The translations under genes and the position numbers were made by a program. From the human T2T-CHM13v2.0 reference genome, Homo sapiens: a stretch of DNA of 64,000 nucleotides. Under the pieces are notes generated by a model. The model was not told the origin of the DNA. It saw only the letters and a program-made list of their open reading frames with translations, and did not search any database. Every line of letters starts with the position of its first letter. Position 1 is the first letter of the stretch. This document shows positions 31,915 through 50,881 of this stretch, piece by piece. The stretch lies in assembly GCF_009914755.1 (NCBI RefSeq), contig NC_060926.1; one strand, written 5' to 3'.

Positions 31915-32327
31915 TGCTCATTACTCTTTATCCCATGCTCTCCTCCTGCCCTCACCTATTCTCCATTCTTCTCTGCCCAGGGTGGTGGGAGCGGTCCCCT
32001 AAGGGCTGCATCATCCAGGATCTCTGCCTTCCAGCTTCTGATTCCCTACAGCCAGTGGGAGCAAGGCATGGTTCTGGCAGTGACGGGAACTGGAGCTCCT
32101 GCTGGGTGCTCCTCTTAGGCACCTCCAGTGCTCACCAGCTCTAGTAACGGCTTTTCCTCTCCTTTGTAGGCTAACTGCTCCCCTCTTTTGCTAGTCTTTT
32201 GGTGCTTCAGCATCCTTTGTGGGTTTCCTTAACCTTGCCCACACTTCTGTAAACTGTCCCTTCATTAACATCTCTTCAAAATCCAAAATGAATGTATTTT
32301 CTTTTGCCTGCTAAGACCCTGACTCAA
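31915..32327 (+). mobile_element. LTR33-like ERVL LTR
   Basis: GGGCTGCATCATCC...GTTTCCTTAACCTTGCCCACACTTCTGTAAACTGTCCCTTCATTAA...GACCCTGACT. Confidence 0.55.
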
Positions 32328-32344
32328 GCCTCTACTATGTTCTA

Positions 32345-33295
32345 GACCATCCCTGCCCAATAAAAGGATAACAGGAGCCATATATATACTTTTAAATTTT
32401 CTAGTAGCCATGAAAGACAGTAAAAAGATGCAGATAAAATTAATTTTAATAATATATCCTATTTAACACAATACATCCCAAACATTATCATTGTAACATG
32501 TAATCATTATAAAAATTTATTAGTGAGATAGTTTACATTCTCTCTCTCCCTTTTTTTTTTTTTTTTTTTTTTGAGACAGTCTCTGTCTGTCACCCAGGCT
32601 GGAGTGCAGTGGCGAGATCTCGGCTCACTGCAACCTCCGTCTCCTGAGTTCAAGTGGTTCTCCTGCCTCAGCCTCCTGAGTAGCTGGGATTACAGGTACC
32701 TGCCATCACAACTAGCTAATTTTTGTATTTTCAGTAGAGACGGGGTTTCCCCATGTTGGCTAGCATGGTCTCGAACTCCTGACCTCAGGTGATCTACCCG
32801 CCTCGGCCTCCCAAAGTGCTGGGATTATAGGCCTGAGGCAGCACGCCCGGCTGTCTCTCTCTTTTTTTTTTCGTTGAGACAGAGTCTCACTCTGTTGCCC
32901 AGGCTGGAGTGCAGTGGTGTGATCTCGGCCCACTGCAACCTCTGCATCTCAGGTTCAAGTGACTCTTGAGCCTCAGCCTCCCAAGTAACTGGGATTACAG
33001 GCATGCACCACTATGCCTGGCCAATTTTTTGTAGTTTTAGTAGACAGGGTTTTGCCATGTTGGCCAGGCTGGTCTTGAACTCCTGGCCTCAAGTGATCTG
33101 CCTGCCTCAGCCTCCCAAAATGCTGGGATTACAGGTATGAGCCACTGTACCCAGCCTACATTCTCTTATTCATACTAGGTTGACAAAACCTGATGTGTAT
33201 TTTACACTCACAACAATCTCAGTTGGAATTTATCACATTTCAACTGCTCAATACCCACATGTAGCTGGCAGCTACCATACGGCACAATATAGTTC
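32345..33295. mobile_element. MER33-like hAT-Charlie element split by two antisense Alus (32551-32852, 32862-33157)
   Basis: TTAAATTTTCTAGTAGCCA...AATTAATTTTAATAATATAT...CAACTGCTCAATACCCACATGTAGCTGGCAGCTACC; TACATTCTCT duplicated around the Alus. Confidence 0.75.
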
Positions 33296-34189
33296 TGGAT
33301 ACTGATTTAGGGCTGGAGATAGATGCAAAATACAGTCCCTAACATCTTAGAGTTGATGGTCCAGTAAGAAAGATGGACACACAAACCATTAGAAAATAAT
33401 GCAGCAAATGCATAATTAATGCTGTGTACAAGATGCTGTGGGAATAGAGCTCTTTCCATCAATGGGGTTTACAGAGAGATAATAGATATTAACATTTGAG
33501 CAGATCCTGAATGATCAAGGATTCTGCCAAGAAAACAAGAGGGTGGAGAGGACAATGCAGGCAGACAGACATAATCTTCACCTTTCCATCTACCCTCGCT
33601 GTATCAGCTGTTCTCTGACTATGCTCCTGAGACAGGCACCCTGCACACCAAGGGTGCACTTGGATCTCGCTAGTTACTGTGGTCCAGGTTTGGATGGACC
33701 TCTGCAGTCTTAGCACAGGCTCGAGGAGTATAAGTTTTCAAAGGAAACACAACTAGGAAATAAGGGTGAGATATGAATGCGGGGAGAATGCCTATAAACA
33801 GACATACTGAGAGAGCCTGGAGCCATTTTCCTAAGGTAATGGAACTCTGGCCACTGACAGGCTTCAGTGGCTCAGGTTCCTGGGCACAAAGCCTAACCTT
33901 ATTTTCCTCATCTAATCTGTCTCCTTTGCTATTCAGAAAGCATTGTCACTGGCCAGGTATTAAAGCTCATTGTTTCTAACCTTTGGCAACATTTTGGTTG
34001 TTATTGTTTTTCATCTTTTCCCCTTATATGAGCCCATTTCTCTAGTAGTCCCAAGGATTTGAGGACCAGCACTGACCTCCCTCTAGATTGTCTCTCTCAC
34101 ATGAAAATCCTACTATTTTTAGTCAAATATAGCTCTCTTTTCCCGTTTCAAAACTCAGACGCCCTATAGAATAGCTCAAAAAGTTCTTA

Positions 34190-34537
<348 letters not shown>

Positions 34538-35674
34538 CTACTCTCTGAAGGGAGGTTATAACTTAAGTGACCCAAGGCCAAGGAATGGTCACGTATTTTC
34601 CGCTCTAACTTACCTTCTCAGCATACTTTGTTAGATATTTTTGGAAGATTCACCTCACTCTCTTAAATCCTCCAAACCTCAGTTTTCTAACATAAAAGTA
34701 CATCACACACATGAGAGCAACAAAATAGAGCTGCTCACCTTTCAAGCCTAGGGCCTCCTGTGAGGTTCTCTGATCCACTTTGGGAAGCCATCAAGTTCCC
34801 TGCAGACCTCTTTGCGTAACTCCATGATACTTAATAGCTGGTGAGGATTTTTAAGGATACCCAAGCAGTAATGGGAGAGGAAAGGAGGATAACTATTCTT
34901 AGATACTAAAAAAGAAGTATGCACTTAACTCAGACAAACATTCTGGCGCCTTTCTGTATGAGCAGAATCCTGATTTCCAGGAGGTTGGAGAGCCATGGCT
35001 AACTGTTTACATCCTTGGTCCGCAGCAGTCAGATGGTATACACTGTAGCCTTATTTTCCTTGTCTCCTTCTTAAATCAACCATAAATCATGTTCAATGCC
35101 AAGCTTTCTGCAAAAATTCCCTGTGGTTTCTTTTAGTCTCTCACTCCAACTATCACATTGTGATTCCCATTGGCAATAATGTCGGCATCTGTTCTCCATA
35201 CCAGCACTATTTGCAAATACTTTGAGACCGTGCCCTTGATTACTACTCAAAAGTTCAACTTCTGTTTTCTCAGAGCTAAAACACATACTGTATTATCCAG
35301 TTTAAATAGTTTCCAATCCTCATCTGGGCAGCAGGCTTCATCAGCTCCTCCCATTACTCATATTGTTTTTTTTTTAATGCTTTTAATTCTTTTCTTTCAA
35401 TTGACTCATGTAGAGATGATTAACTTTGGTCTTGAACATTGCTAACCTTCCCACTCTGAGCTGTGCTTCATTCCCTCCTTAAGGATCTCTTCCATCCATG
35501 ATGTCGTGGATTCTAAGAGGTTCTTTTACTCCCCAAAGCAGTTTATTAATACCACCTTTTTGTTTTTCTTCTCCATGGTCTAAATTAGATCTCAGAAAAT
35601 AAATAAATAAATAAATAAATAGGATCTCAGTATGCTAGGAATTAGGCAACAATTATATATAAAGAATCAGTTAC

Positions 35675-36028
<354 letters not shown>

Positions 36029-36669
36029 TTAAAACATTTGTTTGTAATGTGCATGTGTGTATGTGCATGGTTTGGGTTTGGTTTTGGTTTTGTGAGTGTG
36101 TGTATGTATGTGGTTTGATTTTGCTTGTTTGTTATTTTTCTAAACGATTTGGTTGAACAGTTATTCAACAGAGATGACTGCACCATTCTGAGCACTGTCA
36201 GGCAGTCAGCATTTTTATGAGCTGCCCCTTTGGCATAGACTCTGTGTTTCTGGACTTGTGAGAAAATACATACTCGTACACTCATATGTGCATGTCTGAA
36301 CATACACGCAAAACCAATACAGAAATTAAAACAACAGAGAAAGACACTTAGCCAAACCCAGCAGACCAAATGATTACATCTATGTTATATAAAGATTTGC
36401 CTTATAAGTTAATCAAAGATATTATGCATTTATACAAAGACCAGAGGAAATCATAAATTGTAATGAAAATCAGGAATGTTCTAATACAATTAGTACTTTT
36501 TTTAAAAGGTTCTCCATATATCAAGTACTATTGTATACACTTTACATTGAGAAATCCATACAACATCTCTGAGATAGAAATTATTATTATCCTGCTTATA
36601 GATGAGAAAACCAAGCCCCAGAGAGGTTAAGTGACTCACCTATGGTTTCACAGTCAGATAAATGGAAAA

Positions 36670-37300
36670 GGGCACAACCAGACAATTCACATAAGATAAA
36701 ATGCAATCTCAAATGAAAAAATGTTCAAGATTGCCAGTAATCAAATAAATGTAAATTAAAACATTAAGTAATTTCATACCGCACCTTTGGGGAGGCTTAA
36801 ACTATCACTCTCAGATATGGTGGCAACAATGTAAATCAGTGTAAGCTTTCAGGAAAGCCATTTGCTGATACTTATAAACAATGGTAAAGAGGCTCCCTTT
36901 AATTCAGTAATTACACTCCTAGAAATTTATTCTTAGAAAGTTATTCAAAAGAAAGAGCCATATGAATAAAAAATTTGCTGTAGCTTCTTTATGGTATCAA
37001 ACATTGAAAGCAGTCTAAAGTTCCAAATATAGGGACTTTTAAAGTAAACTATGATACATCAATGAAATGGAGTACCATGTAGCCATTTAAACTATAATTA
37101 TCAGTGATAATGATAATATTAAAGTTACATAATGTTAAGTGAAGTAGGCCAAATATAACATTTTACCTATTTTATGATTGGAACTATGTAAAATTATGTA
37201 TACATATGTTCAAGGACCAGAATGGAACATAAAATGAAAATGCCTGAGACGTCAGATGGCATAATTTTAAGTCCATTTCTTTCCTATTTTTAATTACCTT
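36670..37300 (+). mobile_element. ancient L1ME-type fragment
   Basis: AATGTAAATCAGTGTAAGCTTTC, CAGTAATTACACTCCTAGAAATTTAT, GTAAACTATGATACATC. Confidence 0.55.
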
Positions 37301-38189
37301 TATTTTTGTTGTTTTCCATATGATGGCAAAATCGGGAGTTAGGAAAAAATAGAAGATACCGTTTCTACCTTTTGGTGATACAGAATGTAGCTGAGCATTC
37401 ATAGAATCATTGACTTTTAGAGCTGGAAGGGGCTTTATCAGACTCTTGGTGCAACTTCCTAATTTTACAGATAAATACTCTGAGGCAGAAAAAGACTGAC
37501 TTGCTCAATCACACATATTTAATTAGGAGCCAGAATTTTCAACTCCAAAAGTGACCCACAATCATTTAGGGTACATTTCTTGCAGAGAAATTAAGTTGTT
37601 AGGACCCTATCTTGAAGCAGATTATGTTAATAAAAATAACTATTTTAGCCTAATTCTACTTTTTAAAATCTGCATTATCAACTGCCTCCTTTCCCCACCT
37701 GAAATTTGCTTTATGCCAAAGCAAAAGCACTAATTCTTGACTACATGGCACACACCATGCATATTCTTGGCATTTCAAAAAATGTCAAAATATTTATAAA
37801 GAAGACGAGTATTTCAAATAACAATGGAAAACGTGGTAGTCATTTTCCGGTGATGGAAACAGCAGGAATTCAATTATGATTTAATAAATTAATTACATTG
37901 AATTTCACTTTCATACATTAAAAAAATGTTTTCTAACATTGACTAAAAAATCTGCTTTAAATCTGCTAAAAATTAGTTTCTGGGATGAAAATGAAGAATA
38001 TGAGTAAATATGTAAATGTTTACATAGCCTTACAGGGAGACCCTCATCTACTCACCTGTGATCACAAACAGCAAAGCATGTCCTCAGGAGACGTGCGACC
38101 CAGCTGGCAGGGGAGACTCATTAATCTTAAACCTACCTTTGATGATAATAGCTTCTGCCTGGGCTCTCTGAAAGACCAGAGGAAAATGG

Positions 38190-38512
<323 letters not shown>

Positions 38513-39089
38513 CATGGGAAGATGCTAAAGAAAATTTAGAAGTCACAGATTGATGGGGCTACCAAAGTTGTTTTGGTTGTTGGGGCTGCTATGTCACGGC
38601 CACAAGGTTGATTTGCAGGGAGTATGTAAAAGCATCATGTGCTCACTTCAGGGCACTGTGAGTCTCTACGGGCATCAACCGAACATCGCACCAGCAACCA
38701 AGGTGGTGGTGATGGCCGATCCCAACAGTGCTCTGCAGCTGGGGCTTCAGCAGCAGCAGGAAGCAGCACCAGCTCTGGGCACTGGGACAGGAGCATGACC
38801 CTCTCACGAGACTTGGTTGGAAGCCCTGGACACTATTTAATAGAGGTTAAGAGCTGTTGAGACACATACCCTAGGGACTAAGGAAATAGAAAACAAGAGA
38901 AATATAAAGAATCAGAGAGGAAGATTTTAGGGGAGAAATTGCTTCTACATACAATCTGTAATTTCACATTAATAGTCATATATTAAGGTTAAGACCTACT
39001 CAAATTTAATAATCTGACTCTGTTTTTTACAACTGTAAACGAGCTCACTATCCATGGTATTCTCCATGATATTTTTCTCTTAGTCATAA

Positions 39090-39850
<761 letters not shown>

Positions 39851-39975
39851 CTAGGAAAATTAAGACAGGTGGTTAATTCCAGAGTAGAGGGGCCAGAGAC
39901 AAGTAACTAACAACAACAACAAAAAACTTTTTTTTAACCTTAACAAAAGGGTAAAAACAAAAGTATATAGGACCT

Positions 39976-40273
39976 CTTTTATTTTATTTTATATTTTTTT
40001 TGAGACTGAGTCTTGTTCTGTCACCCAGGCTGGAGTGCAGTGGTGCAGTCTTGGCTCGCTGCCTCCCAGGTTCAAGCAATTCTCCTGCCTCAGCCTCCCA
40101 AGTAGCTGAGATTACAGGCGCCTGCCACCACACCCAGCTAATTTTTTATGTTTTCAGTAGAGAGGGGGTTTTACCATGTTGGCTAGGCTGGTCTTGAACT
40201 CCTGACCTCATGATCCGTCCACCTCGGCCTCCCAAAGTGCTGGGATTACAGGCATGAGCCACCACACCCGGCC
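39976..40273 (-). mobile_element. AluS (Sg-like)
   Basis: TSD AGGACCTCTTTT. Confidence 0.9.
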
Positions 40274-40287
40274 AGGACCTCTTTTAA

Positions 40288-40616
<329 letters not shown>

Positions 40617-40642
40617 ATGACCCAAATTTTTAACTTGGTCAC

Positions 40643-40948
40643 TGCTATGGTTGGAATGTTTGTATCCCCCTAATATTCATATGTCGAAATCCTAACCCCT
40701 AAAGTGATGGTATTAGAAGGTGGGCTGTTGGGAGGTGATTAGGTCATGAGAACTAAAGGGATTAGTGTCATCATAAAAGAGTCCTGAAGGAGCTCAGTTG
40801 TCCCTCAGCCTCCCAAAGTTCTGGGATTATAGGTGTGAGTCACCATATCTGGCCAAATCCTCCAGTGCCTTGATCTTGGATTTCCCAGCCTCCATAACTG
40901 TGAGAAATACATTTCTGTTGTTATAGCAACCCAAATGGGCTAAGAGAG
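40643..40948 (+). mobile_element. MLT1A/MST-type MaLR LTR containing a short antisense Alu head
   Basis: TGCTATGGTTGGAATGTTTG...TGCCTTGATCTTGGATTTCCCAGCCTCCATAACTGTGAG. Confidence 0.75.
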
Positions 40949-41252
40949 TCGCCTCATCTAAACATGAATTACAGTCAACGAAATGCTAAATTGATAGCAT
41001 GGACTTACCTATATTGCCTCCTACCTCCCAGGTTTGCTGTATGTGATCGCAGTCATGTCATAATAGTCCAGAAGGGCCTGCTGTGAGTGACACTCCCTAG
41101 CACCAAGCTTTAGGCTATGCAGTTGGAGGTGACATTTGGATTGAAATAACAGATAAGCTGAAGTCATAGGTAAGAAGATGAGCATGAACTCTGAAGGGAG
41201 ATTTAAGACCAGAAAATGGGAAATGAGCACTTTGGTCAGAGATCAAGAGGCA

Positions 41253-41562
41253 GCTAGGTGCAGTGGCTCATGCCTGTAATCCCAGGACTTGAGGAGCCTG
41301 AGGCAGGAGGACTGCTCGAGCCTAGGAGTTTGAGATCAGCCTGGGCAACAAAATGAGATCCCATCTCTACCAAAAAAAATTTAAAAATTAGCCAGGTGTG
41401 GTGGTATGTGCCTGTAGTCCTTGCCACTCAGGAGGCTGAGGCAGGAGGATTGCTTCTGCCTAGGGATTTGAGGTGGCAGTGAGCTATGATCACACAACTG
41501 CACTCCAGCCTGGGAAAAAGAATGAGACTCTGTCTCAAAAAAAAAAAAAAAAAAAAAAAAAA
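41253..41562 (+). mobile_element. AluJ-type element
   Basis: dimeric Alu with long A tail. Confidence 0.88.
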
Positions 41563-41977
41563 GTAAGAGGCTGGAGAGACAGAAAAAAATATAGTTCTTA
41601 AAATGCCAAACTTGACCCTCAAAGAATGTTGAGGTTTTTCTCCTATGGTGTGCCAGGCACACTAAGAGGGAGGTCATGTGTAACTCCTTTGCTTCAGGCT
41701 CTCTCCACTTGTCCATCACCAACCACAAGGAGTAATGGAAGGGCTGAACTTTCCCAGGTTTGCTTGGCAAAGAGTTGTGATGATCCCAGAGCATACTGTG
41801 GGGTGGAGTGTTATGAGAAGGTTCTGTGGTGGTGGGAGTCCAGGATGTCTTATAATTAAGTCCTTCCTCTGGGACTGGATGACAAGAGTATATGCACAGT
41901 GCCAGGCACAGTCGACATCGGCTGGCCATAGTGAGAAACGGTGGAAAACAGCGTGGTGTATATAAAAAGTGGATGGC

Positions 41978-42696
<719 letters not shown>

Positions 42697-42704
42697 GCTA
42701 GCTG

Positions 42705-44770
<2,066 letters not shown>

Positions 44771-45536
44771 AAAAGGGCTATTTGTTGAGTTTATGTGAGG
44801 ATCAGGTGATAACTGTGGTAAAGGTGAGTCAGATCAGGTTCTATGCTTGGATGACCGCTTTGAGTAAATGATGCATAGTGTGAGGCTTTATAGCCGTCTT
44901 TGGCCTATTTTGGAGAATCTTACAGATCTCCGGAAAGCAGCTCAGATCTTATCTTAATTGTGACCAGTTGGATGGACTGTGGTGATGCTTAGAGGTGCTG
45001 CTAGGTATTGTGAGTAGAAGTCCTACATGCTGTGGCAGGAGGCATTCTGCACAGAGTTATGGGCAGCATTGTTAAAAGCGACCTTGGATGCCAAAGGGTA
45101 GATGGTACAAAAGCTATACCTTAAGGACCCATTTCACATGCTTTGTTTGGCTTTTGCCGTATAGCACATGGCTAGATTTGTTCTCTGAGGTTCTTGAAAA
45201 GGGTCTAAAAAATGCGGATACCAATTGATATGCTGAGGTTGGCGAAACTATGGTGGCCAAATGGTGATGGTCTGTTGGAGCTAAAGATTTAAGTAGGAGA
45301 TGCTTACCACATTTCAGACAAATGGGCATCTATCCTGAACTGCAGGAATCTAAAGAGCAGGGGTTCATTTCATCAGCCACCTGCATTTCAGTATTCTCAG
45401 TATGCACCACACTTTCTGGCACACAGTAGATGCTTAATAAGCATTTGATTATCTGAATTAAACATAAGCCAAAGAAACAGCAATGACTTTCTTAAATAAG
45501 AAAACTCAACTTTTCGGTTAGCAAGTTTCTTAAGGC

Positions 45537-45696
45537 TAATTTAATTATTTTTAAATAATTATTTAAAAATTATTTATTTTAATTTATTTAATATTTATTT
45601 AATATTTAATAATTTATTTATTTAAATATTTAAAAATAATTTTATATTAAATATATTTATATTATATATAAATAATTAAATATTTAAATTATTTAT
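45537..45696. repeat. 160-bp pure A/T low-complexity tract containing a 24-bp perfect palindrome
   Basis: no G or C from 45537 to 45696; ATTTTTAAATAATTATTTAAAAAT at 45547-45570. Confidence 0.9.
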
Positions 45697-45746
45697 CCTG
45701 TAATTATTTATCCTCCTCAAAAGAGACAAAGACTTGTTCACCATCC

Positions 45747-46270
45747 GTATTAGCCAAGGTTCTCTAGAGAGATAGAACCAATAGGGGAGAGAGAGACAGC
45801 GAGAAAGAGAACGAGAGAAAGATAAAGAGAAGAGAGGATTTATTAGGGGAACTGGCTCACAGAATTATGGAGGCTGAGAAGTCCCATGACAGGCCATCTG
45901 CAAACAGGAGACCAACGGAAGCCAGTGGCATGGCTCAGTCCAAGTACAAACACTTCGGCACCAGGGAAGCCAATAGTGTAACTCTCAGTCTGAAGGCCTA
46001 AAAACCAAAGCAGCTGCTGGTGCAAGTTCCAGAGTCCAAAGGCCAGATAACCTGGAGTCCAAAGGCAGGAGAAGAAGGGGGTGTCCCAGTTCCAGGAGAG
46101 AGAGAAAATTCACCTTCCCTCTACCTTATTCTATTCAGGTTGCCCACATTGAGGGCAGATCTTCCCCACTCAATTCACTGACTCACATACCAATCTCCAG
46201 AAATAATGCTTTACCAGCTATTCAGGTATCTCTTAATCCAGCCAAGTTGACACCTAAAGTTAACCATCAG
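45747..46270 (-). mobile_element. MLT2-type ERVL LTR
   Basis: GTATTAGCCAAGGTTCTCTAGAGAGATAGAACCAATAGG...GGAGGCTGAGAAGTCCCATGA...CCAAGTTGACACCTAAAGTTAACCATCA. Confidence 0.85.
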
Positions 46271-46281
46271 GTCATCCTTTG

Positions 46282-46286
46282 AAAAA

Positions 46287-46342
<56 letters not shown>

Positions 46343-46375
46343 ATATATAATATACTATTATATATTATATATTAA
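46282..46375. repeat. poly-A plus (TA)n microsatellite
   Basis: ~22-nt A run followed by a TA dinucleotide run. Confidence 0.9.
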
Positions 46376-47410
46376 TAATGATATTAATTACCACTTATTA
46401 AGTGCCAGTTATCACCAGGCATCATACCTAGCATTTGATGTGCATTATATTTAGTCCTTGCAACAATCTGCAGGTAAGCATTATTTCCATTTGTAGTTCA
46501 GTGCATTGAAGCTTGGAGATTTCAAGTGTCTTGCTTAAGGTTACAAAACCAGCAATAGTGAAGTTAGGACTTATATCCAAAATGGGTCCCATGTTTTTGC
46601 TCTGAGAACCCTTTTTGCCAGTTTCTACCTGGGCACTGTCATTTTCATCTTCTAGTATGCATTTATTTTAGGGCAAACCCATTTCTTCCCTATAAACAAA
46701 CCATTAACAATCTTTTCTCTATCTCTGGCCTTTTCCCAAGTTCTCCATGTTCCTTAAATTTGGCATCAGCCCAGCATTGACAATATCATTCGGTGTGACA
46801 CACACATTCACACATGCGTGTATGCGTTGTAATGTCACCAAAAATGCAACCATCTCCCTTTCCATGTTAAGTCCGCATAGAAACTATTTTGTATCTATTC
46901 AAATATTCACAAAAAGTCAAATTTTTTTTTAGAAAGTGAACAAATAAAAGGAACCATAACTACCCGGACCCCTGGTGAGAGCTAGGTGGTGAGATGCTGA
47001 AGAGCCATTGACAAGTGCATCTCTGAGCAGACTACTCAGCAAACAGCAAAGGGACAAAGCAGAGTCCACCCCACACTGCTCTAGATTTGGTCTATGTAGC
47101 ATATGCTTTACCCAGCACTTATAAAAGGTTTAGGTAATTCCCACTCCTGTTCTTTCCTGCCATGTGGAGGGACAGCAACTGATTTAAGACTGCCAGCCTC
47201 TTTAATCCCACCCTCCTCCTTCCTGGGAGAGGTGGAGTGATTTATGTAATCAGTGAATATGGGCGGTTACTTAGGCTTGTTTAATCCAGCTCTTCTTTGC
47301 TCTTTCTGTTGGATGAAAGTGTGCTGCAATAGGCCTCAAAGGGGCAGGGCCCCCTGTGTAGAGTCTTTGGCTGTCTAGCTGTGAGTCCTGATTCTAGGGT
47401 TCAGTATTAG

Positions 47411-47791
<381 letters not shown>

Positions 47792-50258
47792 TAATCTTCA
47801 TTTATTGACACCTTAATCTCTCTGATTGGTTTAAAACTTGGGCAGAGAACATAGGGATATTATTTATTGGGTTTCTCTCAAACCTCATTGGATGGCTGTG
47901 ATTCCACATTGTGGTCTTGTCTAGCAGACTATTCTGGCCTGTATTCTTTGCTTGCCCTCTGTTTATTTCCTCAGAGGGGGACAGTAAATCTTGAATCACT
48001 TGGTGACTCTGTTATACTGATACCTAGCCAGTTCCCTTAGTTCCCTTACACAAGGTAGGAGTCAGGCCTTTCTCCTTCACTGAGGAATGAGGATGATCTT
48101 CTGGTTGGCCAATGTCTCCTTCCCCTTTACATCTCTGGGTATATTTCTCCTAAATCTGTGCTGCATCTTTCCACATTTACGAAGCATCAACAAACTCGTG
48201 GTTTGTGATGTCATGGTAGAAAACAAACATAAAAGTCCAAGGGCTCTGGAATCAAACAAAGAATCAGGTAAAGGTGAGTCACTGCTCTTCAAAACAGTGT
48301 CAAGAAAAAGTGTTTAATGTAGGGAAGTTTAAACTTTCCCTCTGAAGGTTCAATAAGTGAATTATCCCACTGAAATAAACTGACATTACACAAATTAATA
48401 GGAGAAAAGCAAACAAATTTATTAACTTGCATAAGCATGGAGCCATGTAAAATATGAGACTCAAGGAAGGGCCAGATGGAGCTTACATAGTTCCCTCTTC
48501 ACAGAAGAGAGGGAGATGGGGGAATACAGGCTATTTTGAGGGATAATAATATGGTTTGGCTGTGTCCCCACCCAAATCTCACCTTGAGTTGTAATAATCC
48601 CCATGTGTCAAGGGCTGGGCCAGGTGGAGATAATTGAATCATGGGGGCAGTTTCCCCCATACTGTTCTGGTGGTAGTGATTAAGTCTCATGAGATCTGAT
48701 GGTTTTATAAATAGGAGTTCCCCTGCACAAGCTCTCTTGCCTGCCTCCATGTAAGATGTGACTTTGCTCCCCATTTGCCTTCAGTCATGACTGTGAAGCC
48801 TCTCCAGCCAGGTGGAACTGTGAGTCAATCAAACCTCTTTCCTTTATAAATTACCCAGTCTCAGGTATGTCTTTATTAGGAGCACGAGCACAGACTAATA
48901 CAGTAAATTGGTACCAGGAGTGGGGTGCTGCTGTAAAGATACCCAAAAATGTGGAAGCAACTTTGGAAATGGGTAACAGGCAGAGGCTGGAACAGTTTGG
49001 AGGGCTCAGAAGAAGACAGGAAAATGTGGGAAAGTTTGGAACCTCCTAGAGACTTGTTGAATGGCTTTGACCAAAATGCTGATAGTGACAGGGACAATAA
49101 AGTCCAGGCTGAGGTGGTCTCCGATGGAGATAAGGAACATATTGGGAACTGGAATAAAGATCACTCTTGCTACGCAAAGAGTCCAGTGGCATTTTGTCCC
49201 TGCCCTAGAGGTCTGTGGAACTTTGAACTTGAGAGAGAGGATTTATAGTATCAGGTGGAAGAAATTTCTAAGTGGCAAAGCGTCAAGAGGAAGCAGAGCA
49301 TAAAAGTTTGGAAAATTTACAGCCTGACAATGTGATAGAAAAGAAAACCCCATTTTCTGGGGAGAAATTCAAGCCAGCTGCAGAAATTTGCATAAGTAAT
49401 AAGGAGCCAAACGTTAATCACCAAGACAATGGGGAAAATGTCCCCAGGGCATGTTAGAGACCTTTGCGGCAGCCCCTCCCATCATAGGCCCAGCAGCCTA
49501 GGAGGGAAAAATGGTTTCTTGGGCTGGGTCCAGGGACCCCCTGCTGTGTGCAGCCTTGGGATTTGGTGCCCTGCATCCCAGCTGGTCCAGCCGTGGCTAG
49601 CAGGGGCCAAGGTACAGCTGGGGCCATGGCTTCAGGAGGTGCAAGCCCCAAGCCTTTGCAGCATCCACATGGTGTTAAGCCTGCAGGTGCACAGAAGCCA
49701 AGAACTGAGGTCTGGGAACCTCTGCCTAGATTTCAGAGGATGTATGGACACACCTGGATGTCCAGGCAGAGGTGTGCTGCAGGGGCAGAGCCCTCATGGA
49801 GAACCTCTGCTAGGGCAGTGCAGAAGGGAAATGTGGAGTGGGAGCCCCCACACAGAGTCCCTACTGGGACACTGCCTAGTGGAGCTGGGAGAAGAGGACC
49901 ACCATCCTCCAGACCCCAGAATGATAGATCCACCAACAGCTTGCACTGTGCGCCTGGAAAAGCCACAGACACTCAACACCAGCCCGTGAAAACAACTGGG
50001 AGAGAGGCTGTACCCTGCAAAGCCACAGGGGCGGAGCTGCTCAAGACCATGGGAACCTACCCCTTCCATCAGGATGACTTGAATGTGAGATATGGAGTTA
50101 AAGGAGATCATTTTGCAGCTTTAAGATTTGACTGCCACATTGGATTTTAGACTTGCATGGGGCCTGTAGCCCCTATGTTTTGGCCAATTTCTCCCATTTG
50201 GAATGGGTATATTTACTCAATGCCTGTACCCCTCATTGTATCTAGAAAATAACTAACT

Positions 50259-50881
<623 letters not shown>

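Noticed and set aside
41626-41965. Cluster of overlapping ORFs between two Alus
   Set aside because: No recognisable protein similarity, polyA or TSD
49429-50150. Long overlapping ORFs (186 aa, 200 aa)
   Set aside because: Entirely inside the THE1 internal region; vestigial MaLR sequence commonly gives such ORFs, no recognisable domain
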